DNA of 64,000 nt from contig CBDUKN010000009.1 in the NCBI GenBank assembly GCA_965367815.1, positions 1-64,000 on the forward strand. The letters run 5' to 3'. Each line of letters opens with the position of its first letter. Within the stretch, counting starts at the first letter, position 1. Below, piece after piece: positions 20,315-32,306 of this stretch. The translations under genes were made by a program, and so were the position numbers. Origin of the DNA: an uncultured Thermoprotei archaeon. Lineage in GTDB: Archaea; Thermoproteota; Thermoprotei; Thermofilales; B15-G2. The notes below the pieces were generated by a model. It was given only the letters and a program-made list of their open reading frames with translations. It had not been told where the DNA came from and did not search any database.

Positions 20315-20459
20315 ACTGAACTAGCGCTTCTATATAAATATTTCGATAAAAAACACGTTCAATTCTAATACTTCTCACATACAGCCACTACTAAATGTAT
20401 TTAACAACAATTCGTCTCTAAAAGAGCTTTGTCGCCAAAAGCAGAATTTAAAGAAATAG

Positions 20460-20548
20460 AGCCGGGGCGGGGATTTGAACCCCGGTATAACGGGTTTCTG
20501 TCCACCTGTGGTCTGCAGCCCGCCGCCTGACCCCTCGGCCACCCCGGC
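20460..20548 (-). tRNA. tRNA-Cys(GCA) with ~17-nt intron at 37/38
   Basis: GCGGG-CT-GCA-G, insert, ACCCGT; GTTCAAAT; U discriminator. Confidence 0.9.
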
Positions 20549-20727
20549 AGTGAGAAAATGTTTATAGGAAAATATATCTGTTTCTGTTTGCTGGCCGGCA
20601 TACTTTTATCGACAACTGGTTAATACAGCAAACAACTCCACGTATTATTACGAAAAAGCTTCACTATTACAGTAATTGATAAAAGTATAAAGCGCTTAAA
20701 TAGGGAAAAGACAAAAAATATCTTAAA

Positions 20728-22535
<1,808 letters not shown>

Positions 22536-22664
22536 TAGAAGGCGGATTGCTAGAATATATGTTTTATATTTAACAGATATAAAATACCCGATAAGCTACT
22601 TATTTTGTGCCATTGTGAGAAAAACCTTAAATAGAGAAACTCCATGAATGTATTCTGAAGGTAT

Positions 22665-22955
22665 ATGCCAAAGAAGAGAAAAAACAGAGGACGGAGTAAA
22701 GGAGATAAAGGCAAAGAAGGCATGGTTCAATGTGACAGTTGCGGCGCTCTTGTTCCACGTTCTAAGGCAAAGAAAGTAACGAGAGTAATTTCTTTTATAG
22801 ACCCTCAACTTGAAAAAGAACTTAAGGCTAAGGGCGCAATTATACCCAAATATACCGTCACTAAGTATCTATGCATAAACTGCGCCATTTTCCAAGGAGT
22901 AGTTAAAGTAAGGGCTAGAGATGAAAGAAAGAAGAAAGGACCTCTAGGAAGGTAA
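22665..22955 (+). CDS. rps26e: 30S ribosomal protein S26e
   Basis: MPKKRKNRGR, VQCDSCG, CINCAI, VKVR. Confidence 0.96.
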   Translation: MPKKRKNRGRSKGDKGKEGMVQCDSCGALVPRSKAKKVTRVISFIDPQLEKELKAKGAIIPKYTVTKYLCINCAIFQGVVKVRARDERKKKGPLGR

Positions 22956-22982
22956 TTACCGTCTCATTACCTATAGTTCTTT

Positions 22983-23585
22983 GTGTCGATCTTTAGAATG
23001 ATTTACCTTTTAGAATCTTCTACTGCGGTCACTGCTCCAATATTCAATATAAACAATCCGGCATCAACAGGTGGGAGAATCGATGTAGTATTTAGAAGTC
23101 TCATGGCAAGTATGCCTGAAGAACTCAATAAGAGAAAAAACATTGATTTTTATGTTCTCCTCAACGGCCCTCCTTCACCTCCACTTCTACTAAAATTTAT
23201 TGGGAAAAAGTTTTACATGCACTTTATAAGTGAGAGAAAAGTAGGTCTCCTTTTTAAAGAGATTCTTTCTGGGAAGAAAGTTGAAGGCGTTATTGTAGAA
23301 AAGAAAAGTTTCTCTAAGATAATAGACGAATTAAGAAAAGATAAATACACAATATTTCTTTTAGATGAAAAAGGTACAGATATTCTGAAATTAAAAAATA
23401 AAATTATTCAAGCCTTCCCTCGAGCAGTATTCATTTTAGGAGACCATGATGGCTTAAGCTTAGATGCTCTTAGATTCATTGAGAAAATAGGCGCAGTTAA
23501 GGTGAGTATAGGTCCTAAAGTATATCTCACGTCACATTGTATTCTTTTCATGAATTTTATACTCAGCAAGTGGAGGCTTCTATAA
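22983..23585 (+). CDS. trmY: tRNA (pseudouridine54-N1) methyltransferase, SPOUT family
   Basis: GGRIDV, LNGPP, FILGDHDG, VSIGP..YLTSHCI. Confidence 0.85.
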   Translation: MSIFRMIYLLESSTAVTAPIFNINNPASTGGRIDVVFRSLMASMPEELNKRKNIDFYVLLNGPPSPPLLLKFIGKKFYMHFISERKVGLLFKEILSGKKVEGVIVEKKSFSKIIDELRKDKYTIFLLDEKGTDILKLKNKIIQAFPRAVFILGDHDGLSLDALRFIEKIGAVKVSIGPKVYLTSHCILFMNFILSKWRLL

Positions 23586-23646
23586 GTCTTCGCAATTTCC
23601 TATATAAGGCAAAATAAAATAAATATAGGAGGCAATATCATGTAAA

Positions 23647-23835
23647 GTGATGCCAGAACGAATAGTATGCTCTAAATGTAACTTCGTATTGTATAAGGGC
23701 AACGACCCTGTATCTCCTGAAGAAGTAATCAAAAAGTACGGCGGAAGATGCCCTCGCTGCCTTTCGAGGCTTTCGCTTTCTCCAAGAACCCTTGAAATTA
23801 CGATTTTCAAGCGTAAACTAAGGTATTTACTATAA
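23647..23835 (+). CDS. Small zinc-finger protein
   Basis: CSKC...CPRC; co-oriented upstream of aglB. Confidence 0.75.
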   Translation: MMPERIVCSKCNFVLYKGNDPVSPEEVIKKYGGRCPRCLSRLSLSPRTLEITIFKRKLRYLL

Positions 23836-23848
23836 AAGGTGCTATATC

Positions 23849-26011
23849 ATGAAAATTAAAGCCAGCTTTTTTAAGAAAGTATCTAAAAAGGCAGCTGGGG
23901 GCTTAGTTAGATTTCTCGAAATAGTAGGTTCAGAAAAAGCAGTCATAGTTACAGTACTAGTCTTAACTTATGCAACGGGAGTAATGTTCAGAATACTGCC
24001 AGCCAGATGGGGTATATACCTCAACGAATTCGATCCTTTCTACGAATACTACTTGGCCAAAAAGATAGCAGAGAAGGGCTGGGGCGGAATACTTTGGTGG
24101 TTCTCCTGGTGGTTTGACCGCGGACAACCAGACAAACTATTCTGGTATCCCTACGGAAGAGATTTGAGAGCTAGCAGTGAAGTGGGAATATCAATGATCT
24201 CCGCGATTATATATTTAATACTTAAGTCTCTGGACCTCGAAGTATCTCTCTACGTTATCCACGCACTAGTTCCAGTGTTCTTTGCATCACTCATTCCACT
24301 AACACTTTATCTACTTGCTTCAGAAATTAACAATAAGCCAGCCGGCCTCTTTGCGGCCTCTCTTTCAGCAGTTAGCACAGCACTCCTGACAAGAACTCCT
24401 CTAGGAGGAAAACACGAGAGCGTAGCTATGCCCTTCATGATTCTATCAATGTATTTCTTCATTAAAGCAATTAAAGACAAAAAGCCTCTCTGGGGAGCTA
24501 TCTCAGGAATATTCTTGGGGTTCATGGCATGGAGCTGGGGTGCGTACCTCTATGCCTGGAACATGATTGCACTCTACACACTGACAATATGGATTCTAGG
24601 AAGATCTAATAGAAGTTATGCATTATCCTATGTAAGTTTCTACGCAACTTCAGCGTTCATGTTAACAATTTTCCCGAGAATAGGCTATCGTGTAACATTT
24701 CTATCGCTTTCAGGAGTTCTTCCCTTGATCGCTTTAGTCATATCAATTACAGAAATCTTCGCTATAGGAGCCGCTGAGAAAAAAGCTGTCGGAGAACTCT
24801 TCAAACAGCGCAAAGTACAGGTACTAGCTCTGCTATGCATTATCGCCATTGTGGCCGCTGCATGGTATGCGGGAATTCTAAAAGGACTAAGCGGAAGAAT
24901 TATGGCTATTATATTCCCGTCGCACAGAGGTGCTCTAGTAGAGAGCGTCCAAGAACATAGAATACCTACATGGAGCATGCTTTACAGCGACTATGGTTTC
25001 TTAACAGTAATCGCTGTCGCTGGAGCCGCTTTAGCTATCAGAAAGTGGCGCGAAGAAGACATGTTTCTAGTACTCTTCTTCATAACATCACTCTACGCAG
25101 CAGCGTCTATGGCGCGTTTAACGCTGCTACTCGCCCCGGCAATATACATATGCGCGGCACTTGGAATATGGGAGATTCTGGAGGCTGCCCTGCGTCAACC
25201 AAGAATACATAAGAAAGAAAAAGCTAATCTAACGTCACAGGCAACTATCATAGCTGCGGCAGTGCTGATTCTAGCACTAGTAGCCTCTTCCTTCACTATA
25301 TTTAACACACTGTACTTAGCTGAACAACCACCCTTAATAGCCACGTCCAGCCTCGGCCATAGTCCACTAGCAGGAGACTACAATTTCGATAAAATGGACT
25401 GGATCGCGGCCTTAGAGTGGATGAAAACAAATCTCCCTAAGAACTCTGTAATAGCATGTTGGTGGGACTACGGCTACTGGATAGCAGTTAATACAAACAT
25501 GTCGACTATATGCGACAATGCTACGCTCAATAGTACACAGATAGAACTCATGGCAAGAGCATTCCTCTCAAATGAAAGTGAAGCACTCAAAATATTCCGG
25601 AGACTAGGAGCAGACTATGTAGTAGTATTCCAACCTTTCGTTTCAGCAAAAGTAGGATACATTACTCTATGGTACCCAGCAGGAGGCGGCGACTTCGAAA
25701 AATCATACACAGCTATGGTTAAAATAGCCGGTCTCAATGAATCTAAATACTTTGCATGGATTAGAGTCGGCGGAACAACAATTTTAGCTCCTGCAAATAC
25801 ACCCGAAGCAAGAAATGCAACATTATTCCGCCTAGTATTCATAAGAACTCCTCAGAGAGTAGCATATGTCTTCAACTCAATAGTAAAAATGATGGGAATA
25901 CCTGTAGAAGGAAACACTGTAGATATTCCGCCGCCAGAACACTTTAAGCTAGTGTACATGAGTCCAAGAGGCTGGGTTCTAGTGTACAAAGTAGAATACC
26001 CAAAGTCTTAA
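23849..26011 (+). CDS. aglB: Oligosaccharyltransferase AglB (STT3)
   Basis: EFDPF, SVQEH, WWDYG, DNAT, many TM helices. Confidence 0.96.
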   Translation: MKIKASFFKKVSKKAAGGLVRFLEIVGSEKAVIVTVLVLTYATGVMFRILPARWGIYLNEFDPFYEYYLAKKIAEKGWGGILWWFSWWFDRGQPDKLFWYPYGRDLRASSEVGISMISAIIYLILKSLDLEVSLYVIHALVPVFFASLIPLTLYLLASEINNKPAGLFAASLSAVSTALLTRTPLGGKHESVAMPFMILSMYFFIKAIKDKKPLWGAISGIFLGFMAWSWGAYLYAWNMIALYTLTIWILGRSNRSYALSYVSFYATSAFMLTIFPRIGYRVTFLSLSGVLPLIALVISITEIFAIGAAEKKAVGELFKQRKVQVLALLCIIAIVAAAWYAGILKGLSGRIMAIIFPSHRGALVESVQEHRIPTWSMLYSDYGFLTVIAVAGAALAIRKWREEDMFLVLFFITSLYAAASMARLTLLLAPAIYICAALGIWEILEAALRQPRIHKKEKANLTSQATIIAAAVLILALVASSFTIFNTLYLAEQPPLIATSSLGHSPLAGDYNFDKMDWIAALEWMKTNLPKNSVIACWWDYGYWIAVNTNMSTICDNATLNSTQIELMARAFLSNESEALKIFRRLGADYVVVFQPFVSAKVGYITLWYPAGGGDFEKSYTAMVKIAGLNESKYFAWIRVGGTTILAPANTPEARNATLFRLVFIRTPQRVAYVFNSIVKMMGIPVEGNTVDIPPPEHFKLVYMSPRGWVLVYKVEYPKS

Positions 26012-26193
26012 GAATAGTATTTCTCTCCAAAAGCAAGTTTTTTCATAAGTCTCCTATATTTACCATATCTGTCTTCAGGCGAAAACTTAGGTGGATGAGG
26101 TACTTTAGTTTTCTCTCCACACAGTGGACAATACTCTTCTAGTGTATATATTTTACAGCGAGGACACTTTTTAAGTAAACTTTTAGGGCTCAT
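26008..26193 (-). CDS. nop10: H/ACA RNP protein Nop10
   Basis: CPRCKIYTL..CPLCG, PHPPKFSPEDRYGKYR. Confidence 0.95.
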   Translation of the reverse strand: MSPKSLLKKCPRCKIYTLEEYCPLCGEKTKVPHPPKFSPEDRYGKYRRLMKKLAFGEKYYS

Positions 26194-26996
26194 TTCTTCA
26201 ACTCAATTCTACTGAATGATGCCTTACAACCTAGTTTCTGAGCGTAGGAGAGCACCTCGTCGACTATTTCCTTTAAACACTTCTCAGCTATCTTGTAGTT
26301 AGGCGCTGTTAGGTCCATACGGTATCTAGGAGCCCCCATAGTATACAGCCTTGTCTTAGTCTTTGGATACTTCTCTGCAACTTTAAGCGGTATCTCTAAG
26401 ATTTTCTTTATGTCTTCTACGCCCTTAGGACTATACGACTGAATAACAAAGATTCCACTTATTTTAGCTTCAGGAATTTTTATTCTCTCTTTGGCGAGTG
26501 CCAGTGCTACTTTTGCCCAGTCTTCTGAAACTCCTGCCTCTAGAGCGGCTTGAATTCCTCTTTTAGCTATTTCCTCAAATCCCGCATATATCTCTCCGTA
26601 GTAGTCTTCTAGCTTCCAGCCTAATTCTCTATAAGCATCGTCAATGGTTTTTCCCATTTTTTCAGCTATTATTTCTAGTAACTTATGCGCTGATACAGCC
26701 CGCTTCCACTCCCTCATTTTTCTAGCTCTTTCCTGATCAGTAACTCTCTTCAGTGATACATCAACATGTCCTCTTCTTCTATTAACTCTAATAACTTTGA
26801 ATACTTTTTTCTGTCCTTCACGCATTACATCTCTTATACTCTTAAACCACGAGTGGGATGCTTCGCCTACTGGACAGTAAGCTTCTATTCCACCATACTC
26901 ATCCAGAGTCACGAATGCTCCATGCTCAAATATTCTTTTTACAGTACCTACTACTAACTCGTTTACTCGAGGCAGTTTCTCGCGTTTCTTTATCAT
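26190..26996 (-). CDS. eif2a: Translation initiation factor aIF-2 alpha
   Basis: S1 domain, VDVSLKRV, GAPRYR; conserved L44e-S27e-aIF2a-Nop10 order. Confidence 0.95.
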   Translation of the reverse strand: MIKKREKLPRVNELVVGTVKRIFEHGAFVTLDEYGGIEAYCPVGEASHSWFKSIRDVMREGQKKVFKVIRVNRRRGHVDVSLKRVTDQERARKMREWKRAVSAHKLLEIIAEKMGKTIDDAYRELGWKLEDYYGEIYAGFEEIAKRGIQAALEAGVSEDWAKVALALAKERIKIPEAKISGIFVIQSYSPKGVEDIKKILEIPLKVAEKYPKTKTRLYTMGAPRYRMDLTAPNYKIAEKCLKEIVDEVLSYAQKLGCKASFSRIELKK

Positions 26997-27020
26997 ATTG
27001 ACAGCACCTAATTAATGACG

Positions 27021-27218
27021 TTATTCAAGTATTTTAATTATTTTGGCTTCAATCTTACACTTTCCGCCAGTGGGTCTAGCTAAAACACGGTTACACACAA
27101 GACATCTTACAACAATTGACGCATGGTCGAAAATAATCTGTTCTGTACCGCAGTCAGGGCACCTGACTTTAACAAACCTACTTTTCGGCTCAGGTATCAA
27201 TATTTTACGTTTTTTCAT
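27021..27218 (-). CDS. rps27e: 30S ribosomal protein S27e
   Basis: [20 protein letters not shown]. Confidence 0.96.
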   Translation of the reverse strand: MKKRKILIPEPKSRFVKVRCPDCGTEQIIFDHASIVVRCLVCNRVLARPTGGKCKIEAKIIKILE

Positions 27219-27227
27219 AATCTCACC

Positions 27228-27512
27228 TTAGACTATTTCTATTCTCTTGAGCCTAATACCTTTCTTATGATAAGTGTACCCGCAGACTCTACATGTCAGT
27301 TTGAGAGTCTGCTTCTTTGTAACTTTGGCGAATCTCTTTTGTTCAGGTTTTCTCTTCGAACCATAACCTTTCTTCTTTGCAGCATATCTTCTCTCTCCCT
27401 GAGCTAAACTTCGTCTCTTACCATGCTTATAGAGACTTACAGTATGCTCTGTGTGTTTCCTGCATCTCGGACAATATGTTCTGATAACTCTTGGTACCTT
27501 CATTGTCTCCAC
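27228..27512 (-). CDS. rpl44e: 50S ribosomal protein L44e
   Basis: TYCPRC..HT.H, KGYG, KVTKK, CRVC. Confidence 0.96.
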   Translation of the reverse strand: METMKVPRVIRTYCPRCRKHTEHTVSLYKHGKRRSLAQGERRYAAKKKGYGSKRKPEQKRFAKVTKKQTLKLTCRVCGYTYHKKGIRLKRIEIV

Positions 27513-27592
27513 ATAGCTATTTTACACAACTTATTAAATATTACTCTACTACACGCATTTCAGCTTAATTAGAGACCCCTTCGACCTTAAGC

Positions 27593-28117
27593 TCATTTAA
27601 GAACTTCGACTAACGTTATTTTATCAGATGGAATTACTCTGAGAGCTTTCAAAGGAAGAACAACTACATCACCTTTAGAAAAAGGTCCTAGAATTAAGTT
27701 CTCTAAATAAACTTTATGTAAAGGTTCTTTAAAGACCACTAAAGCCAGTTTTGTCTCCTCTTCTTTTTCTACCGTTTCAACAACTTTTTCTCTACTAATA
27801 TATTTTGAATAAATTTTCTTTAGATGCTTCAATACTTCAACTTCTTCTACAGATAACTTATCTTCATCTATCTCTACTCCCAAGAAAAATTTTCCTAATA
27901 TTTTGACAAGCCTTATGTACTGCAAAAGATTTAGTAATTTAATTAAGTTACCGCTTTCCTTAATGTTTCCTATCTTATTTGTTATTTTCGAATAAAAGTC
28001 TTTATTAATTGAAGCTATATCATCACTTTTTATTTCATTTGCTATTATCTCCTCTATTTGCTGGATAAGAGATATATCATTTGATAAAGAATCTTTTTTC
28101 TCTGATATATTTTTCAA
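27593..28117 (-). CDS. GINS subunit (Gins15-like)
   Basis: DFY motif, LSVEE, C-terminal GPFSKGDVVVLP B-domain; between priS and rpl44e. Confidence 0.75.
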   Translation of the reverse strand: MKNISEKKDSLSNDISLIQQIEEIIANEIKSDDIASINKDFYSKITNKIGNIKESGNLIKLLNLLQYIRLVKILGKFFLGVEIDEDKLSVEEVEVLKHLKKIYSKYISREKVVETVEKEEETKLALVVFKEPLHKVYLENLILGPFSKGDVVVLPLKALRVIPSDKITLVEVLK

Positions 28118-29235
28118 TACTCATCCCCTACCACTTCGGCAGCTCCTCTTAGAATAAGATACAGCCCCACATTTATAGGTAATTTAACTACTCCGTTTCT
28201 TTTATCCAAAGTGTAATTCAATATTTTTTCAGGAGCATCCTTCAATTTAACCTTAATGTATTCGTTAGAAGATAAAGGAGAAGCCTTTTCTAGGGGATCA
28301 AATAGATCTAAGTCATCTATTATGGAGACAATCATTCCTGTTTTTCCGTGAAGCGAGAGAGGAAGCCTAATTAAACGCTTTATGTCGACTGTAACTCTTT
28401 CATCTATCTGGCACCCATAACGCTCTATACACTCATTTACTAATATATCGACTAATTTTTTCTTCCGAGCTAGTTTTTTGTACACTGATTCAGGCGTTCT
28501 CACACTGAGCTTTTCGTATGCTGTAAACATGAGTCTATTAATCCATCCATAATTTTCCCAGAGCTTAGCTTTTACAAGCGAAGGAAAACTTAAGCCTAAA
28601 CCTCTAACATAGTTTACTACTTCTCTTCTAGCATCTTGGTCTAGCGAATATACTTTTTCAGATAAAACATGTATGTGGAAACCTCTGTGCCCGGAGAAAC
28701 ATACTAGTAGCTCGCTTCGCGAAAAACCGAAGTCTATTAAGAGAAAATCGAGAAGCTTATTTGTCTCCTCTTTAGCTACTTCTAGGCATTCATCACAGAC
28801 CCAGGACACTGTTCTTAAAGCTTCACTTCCACAGACAGGACATGCGGGAGGAGGAGCACCATTACCGCTGTTTCCACAATTAGCGCAGAACCACTTGTCA
28901 TGTTTTTTCTTACATTCTGTAGGAATGTGGTCCACGTCTATGTCGAAAACTAGTTCAGCACCTTTCCACCCTTTCTCCTCCATTGTTGGAGCATCTGGTC
29001 TTTCATAGAAAGCTGTCGAGTAATATACATGAGCTGGAACATGCTTCCTGAGATATAGTGAAAGCTCATTTACGGACTTAAAGGCAGTGTGTCTGACCAT
29101 GCCTTCTTTATTGAAAAACATGAAGCCGAATTCTCTTTGCTCTATTTTTTCTACACTGAAGGGCGATAAGTTCTTGTAGTATCTCCTAAATATTTTCATC
29201 ACAAAATTTAACGATTTATTTTTCTCTTTTTCCAT
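28114..29235 (-). CDS. priS: DNA primase catalytic subunit
   Basis: REFGF, ELVFDIDVD, FSGHRGFH, RLIRLPLSLHGKTG. Confidence 0.96.
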   Translation of the reverse strand: MEKEKNKSLNFVMKIFRRYYKNLSPFSVEKIEQREFGFMFFNKEGMVRHTAFKSVNELSLYLRKHVPAHVYYSTAFYERPDAPTMEEKGWKGAELVFDIDVDHIPTECKKKHDKWFCANCGNSGNGAPPPACPVCGSEALRTVSWVCDECLEVAKEETNKLLDFLLIDFGFSRSELLVCFSGHRGFHIHVLSEKVYSLDQDARREVVNYVRGLGLSFPSLVKAKLWENYGWINRLMFTAYEKLSVRTPESVYKKLARKKKLVDILVNECIERYGCQIDERVTVDIKRLIRLPLSLHGKTGMIVSIIDDLDLFDPLEKASPLSSNEYIKVKLKDAPEKILNYTLDKRNGVVKLPINVGLYLILRGAAEVVGDEY

Positions 29236-30262
29236 ACTTCATCAACCTCAATGCCAGCCTATAGTATTGTAGTGGGTGCTTCACTCTCTTACACAATTTA
29301 TTAGGATAACAGAAACCTAAAGCTTTCATATTCTCACACTTAAACGTAGTATACCGAATACCAGATCCCCTCAATCCAGCTATATGTTCAACTTGATAAC
29401 GTGTCTTGCGCTCATCAAAATCAGGAGCACTGCTGAACAACTCTACTACTTCATCAACAGTTTTCCCTATATTTAGCAAGAAAGCTGTTATAGCAAATCT
29501 GGCTGCATGCGGTACATTCACTCCTCTTTTAATATCATTCATAATTTTAACCATACATGGTGGAATAACTGTAATATTCTCGTCAGATATTTTAACTGCA
29601 GCATGTTCGTCTATTTCTACAGGCTTTAAATATTTTTCGCATAAATTAATTAAATATTGGACCTCCTCGGGAAAAATTTCTCTAATAAGTTCTTTATTCG
29701 ATAAGGGTTGGTCAACCATATTTAATATTTTAATTCTTACTGCCTCCTGTAAAATTCTGTTTAATTGGTTTCTAGTAATTAAAACATAACCATTCTTTAT
29801 TACCTGATTTATAAGACTCCAAGGTCCACTCAATTTTGCCGCGTACTTCAAGTAGTCTACGAAGTGTAGCGAATAAAATTTTGCTCCATAGACTTCCTCT
29901 TCTCTTATACCGATGTTGAACTCTTCTTTAGCAAAACTAAGTATAAAATCTTCTGGTTCTTTACTAAGTAAAGCGTAGTACTTTTTAGCTTCGTGTACAG
30001 CAAACTTACTATTGAGTAATGTATTTGAAACAGTTCTTAGGAATAAAACCGATAAATAAAAAACTAGTAGATTTCTTAGAGGATCATGTATTTCTATAAG
30101 ATAGTTTCTATGGTTTTTTCTCATAAAAACTGATTCTATCTCTCTAATAGTTTCCTCTACTAGACTTTTGTCTCTTCTAATTACATCTAAATCTACCTTA
30201 ATGTTCTTCAAGTAGTCTATAGCCTTTTTTGTAAAAGGATACTTTAGCCATAATTCTTCCAT
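29216..30262 (-). CDS. priL: DNA primase large subunit
   Basis: YPF, PPCM, HAARF, PDFDERKTRYQVEHI, Fe-S cysteines, HPLQYY. Confidence 0.95.
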   Translation of the reverse strand: MEELWLKYPFTKKAIDYLKNIKVDLDVIRRDKSLVEETIREIESVFMRKNHRNYLIEIHDPLRNLLVFYLSVLFLRTVSNTLLNSKFAVHEAKKYYALLSKEPEDFILSFAKEEFNIGIREEEVYGAKFYSLHFVDYLKYAAKLSGPWSLINQVIKNGYVLITRNQLNRILQEAVRIKILNMVDQPLSNKELIREIFPEEVQYLINLCEKYLKPVEIDEHAAVKISDENITVIPPCMVKIMNDIKRGVNVPHAARFAITAFLLNIGKTVDEVVELFSSAPDFDERKTRYQVEHIAGLRGSGIRYTTFKCENMKALGFCYPNKLCKRVKHPLQYYRLALRLMKYGKREK

Positions 30263-30347
30263 TTCCGTAGACTAGTAGACTTAGTCTCTATAATTTTAAA
30301 TTAATGAGAGATAAGAGAAAATATTATTTACGTAATACGTAGGTTAT

Positions 30348-30680
30348 CTAGTCGTATTCTCGCCAAGTGTAGCCGCACTTAGTGCATCTAAAGAACCTTG
30401 TAGGCGCTTCGTCAGCTCTTCTAGTTTGCACCATCCACCAGTAAGCCTCATTGTGTCCGCACTTCGGGCATTCAGCCTTAGTTTTCGGTAAAATTTTTAG
30501 CTCAACAGGAGTTTCGACAATTATTGTCTTGTCTTTAACAGTATGTTCTATTCTTTTCTCTTCTCTAAGCGAAACTCCTTTAGGTAGTTCCTTATAGCCG
30601 CATTTTCTACACACTAAAAACGTTTGATTTCCTTCTCTCTTAGGAATCATTAATGAACCACACTTAGGACAGAAATTCAT
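30348..30680 (-). CDS. tfs: Transcription elongation/cleavage factor TFS
   Basis: FCPKCG, QTRRADE, CTKCG..WREY. Confidence 0.96.
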   Translation of the reverse strand: MNFCPKCGSLMIPKREGNQTFLVCRKCGYKELPKGVSLREEKRIEHTVKDKTIIVETPVELKILPKTKAECPKCGHNEAYWWMVQTRRADEAPTRFFRCTKCGYTWREYD

Positions 30681-30696
30681 TATCTCACCCCCTTAG

Positions 30697-31128
30697 CTAC
30701 TTAATCATTCTAACCGAAGACCTAGCTCCACATGCCTGACACTGTAAATAAAGCATTCTCTTCTCTCTTATTAAAATAGTATCTGGCTCACCGCACACTG
30801 GGCATAGAACATAATTTTTAACATACCTTTCTATTATCGCGTCTATAGTTCTTTTTCTGTGTTCACCGTGTATTATAGCCATACGTCCTTCAAGATATCC
30901 TGGCGCACCCAGTTCTCTTAACAGATATTTCAATAAGTGCTTAGGATCTCTATTTAGGATATTACATATTTCCATGAAATTCTGTATGACTATTTTTCTG
31001 CCTATAACGAGAACTTCAGCCTTCGGTATTTCAAATCTCTCGCGATAAGTTCTTTTTTCAGGTAGCTGCTTAAATGCCCGATCTAGCAGTGCATTATAAT
31101 TATATATAATGCTACCTTTGCTCATCAT
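30697..31128 (-). CDS. eif2b: Translation initiation factor aIF-2 beta (start at MMSKG; the longer ORF-track start runs into a sRNA)
   Basis: ERFEIP, LNRDPKH, YVLCPVCGEPDT, CQACGA. Confidence 0.93.
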   Translation of the reverse strand: MMSKGSIIYNYNALLDRAFKQLPEKRTYRERFEIPKAEVLVIGRKIVIQNFMEICNILNRDPKHLLKYLLRELGAPGYLEGRMAIIHGEHRKRTIDAIIERYVKNYVLCPVCGEPDTILIREKRMLYLQCQACGARSSVRMIK

Positions 31129-31183
31129 GACCGCTTGTGTAGTTAAGCTACTCTGCTTCATAAACTTTCCGCTATTGATAAAA

Positions 31184-31238
31184 TACTCAGCCGACTGTTT
31201 AGTCTTCACTAATCGGATACGGGGGCTTTCATCATTGT
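31184..31238 (-). ncRNA. Box C/D methylation guide sRNA
   Basis: Minus strand: C ATGATGA - AAGCCCCCGTAT - D' CCGA - C' GTGAAGA - CTAAACAGTCGG - D CTGA; the D guide complements the conserved 23S CGACTGTTTA. Confidence 0.85.
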
Positions 31239-31240
31239 GT

Positions 31241-32290
31241 TTATTCTGTGCGACTACTTTGACTCCACTTAATAATATTTACGAGACATTCTCTCAGCTC
31301 TTTTACTCCTATACCTTTCAATGCCGATATTAAAAAACATTTAGTGTAGCCTTTTTCTTTCAAATATTTAAGAGAATTAATTACCGATTTAATATCAGCT
31401 GCATCTATTTTATTCAAAACTATAACTATTTCTTTTCCTTCAAAGTATTTAGATATATCCTCTAAGACTTTAAACTGATAGCTAAGAGGGAAGCCGCATG
31501 ATTCACTTGGATCGACCATGTATACTATTACTCCCTTCAAGTGTTTAAGTGCTAATATAGCTTGGCGCTCCATTTTATTTCTTTCTGAAAGAGGTCTATC
31601 AAGAAGGCCGGGAGTATCTATTACTTGTATCAGTAAATCCTCTGGGTTTAGCCTAATGTGTCCTATGGACAGTTTCTTAGTAGTGAAAGGGTAGCTAGCT
31701 ACCTCCGATTTAGCAGTTGAAATAGAGTTGACTAGAGTAGACTTTCCAACGTTAGGTGCTCCAGCTATGACTATTGTAGGCAAAGATGGGTCAATTGAAG
31801 GAAACTTTTTGAGTATCCTTTGATATTCTCTAATTCTAGCAAGCTCTTCATCCATGCTTTTAACAACAGAGTATACTCTCCCTGTGTACTCTCTTCTGAG
31901 TTTTCGAGCCTCCTTTACGTCTGCTATGTATCTTGCTCTATCGAGATACTCTCTTCTTAATTTATATAAAATCTTTATGCACGCCATAACTTTACCCATG
32001 CGTTTTCTAAAGTCATCCATGTCTACTACTGTGTAAGCTAACTCTCTGTAGAAATCGTCAAGTTCATCTATTCTCGGTATCGAGTATAGCCCCTCCTTAA
32101 TTCTCCTCACTATATTTTCATGAAGTACTTTAATGTAGTTTTGAGTAAGAGTTTTACTTCTTTTAACTGATGCCCAGCGGATAGGACTTTTAACTTCTAG
32201 ACGCTTCGCTCTGTTAAGAGCTATTCTAAAGACCTCCTCCCCATTTTTAGGGACTAATTTTATTTTCGAGAAAGGATTAGTAAACACCAT
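31241..32290 (-). CDS. NOG1-family GTPase
   Basis: GAPNVGKS, YPFTT, DTPGLLDRP, NKID. Confidence 0.92.
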   Translation of the reverse strand: MVFTNPFSKIKLVPKNGEEVFRIALNRAKRLEVKSPIRWASVKRSKTLTQNYIKVLHENIVRRIKEGLYSIPRIDELDDFYRELAYTVVDMDDFRKRMGKVMACIKILYKLRREYLDRARYIADVKEARKLRREYTGRVYSVVKSMDEELARIREYQRILKKFPSIDPSLPTIVIAGAPNVGKSTLVNSISTAKSEVASYPFTTKKLSIGHIRLNPEDLLIQVIDTPGLLDRPLSERNKMERQAILALKHLKGVIVYMVDPSESCGFPLSYQFKVLEDISKYFEGKEIVIVLNKIDAADIKSVINSLKYLKEKGYTKCFLISALKGIGVKELRECLVNIIKWSQSSRTE

Positions 32291-32306
32291 TACTATACTG
32301 TATATT

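Noticed and set aside
20460-20548. tRNA-Cys as the second att copy of the tRNA-Met element (similar 5' and 3' ends)
   Set aside because: It is a complete tRNA on the wrong side of tRNA-Met, and the genes between are core genes.
20401-20601. Short ORFs over tRNAs (also 39628-39825 and 59772-59963)
   Set aside because: They overlap clear tRNA genes.
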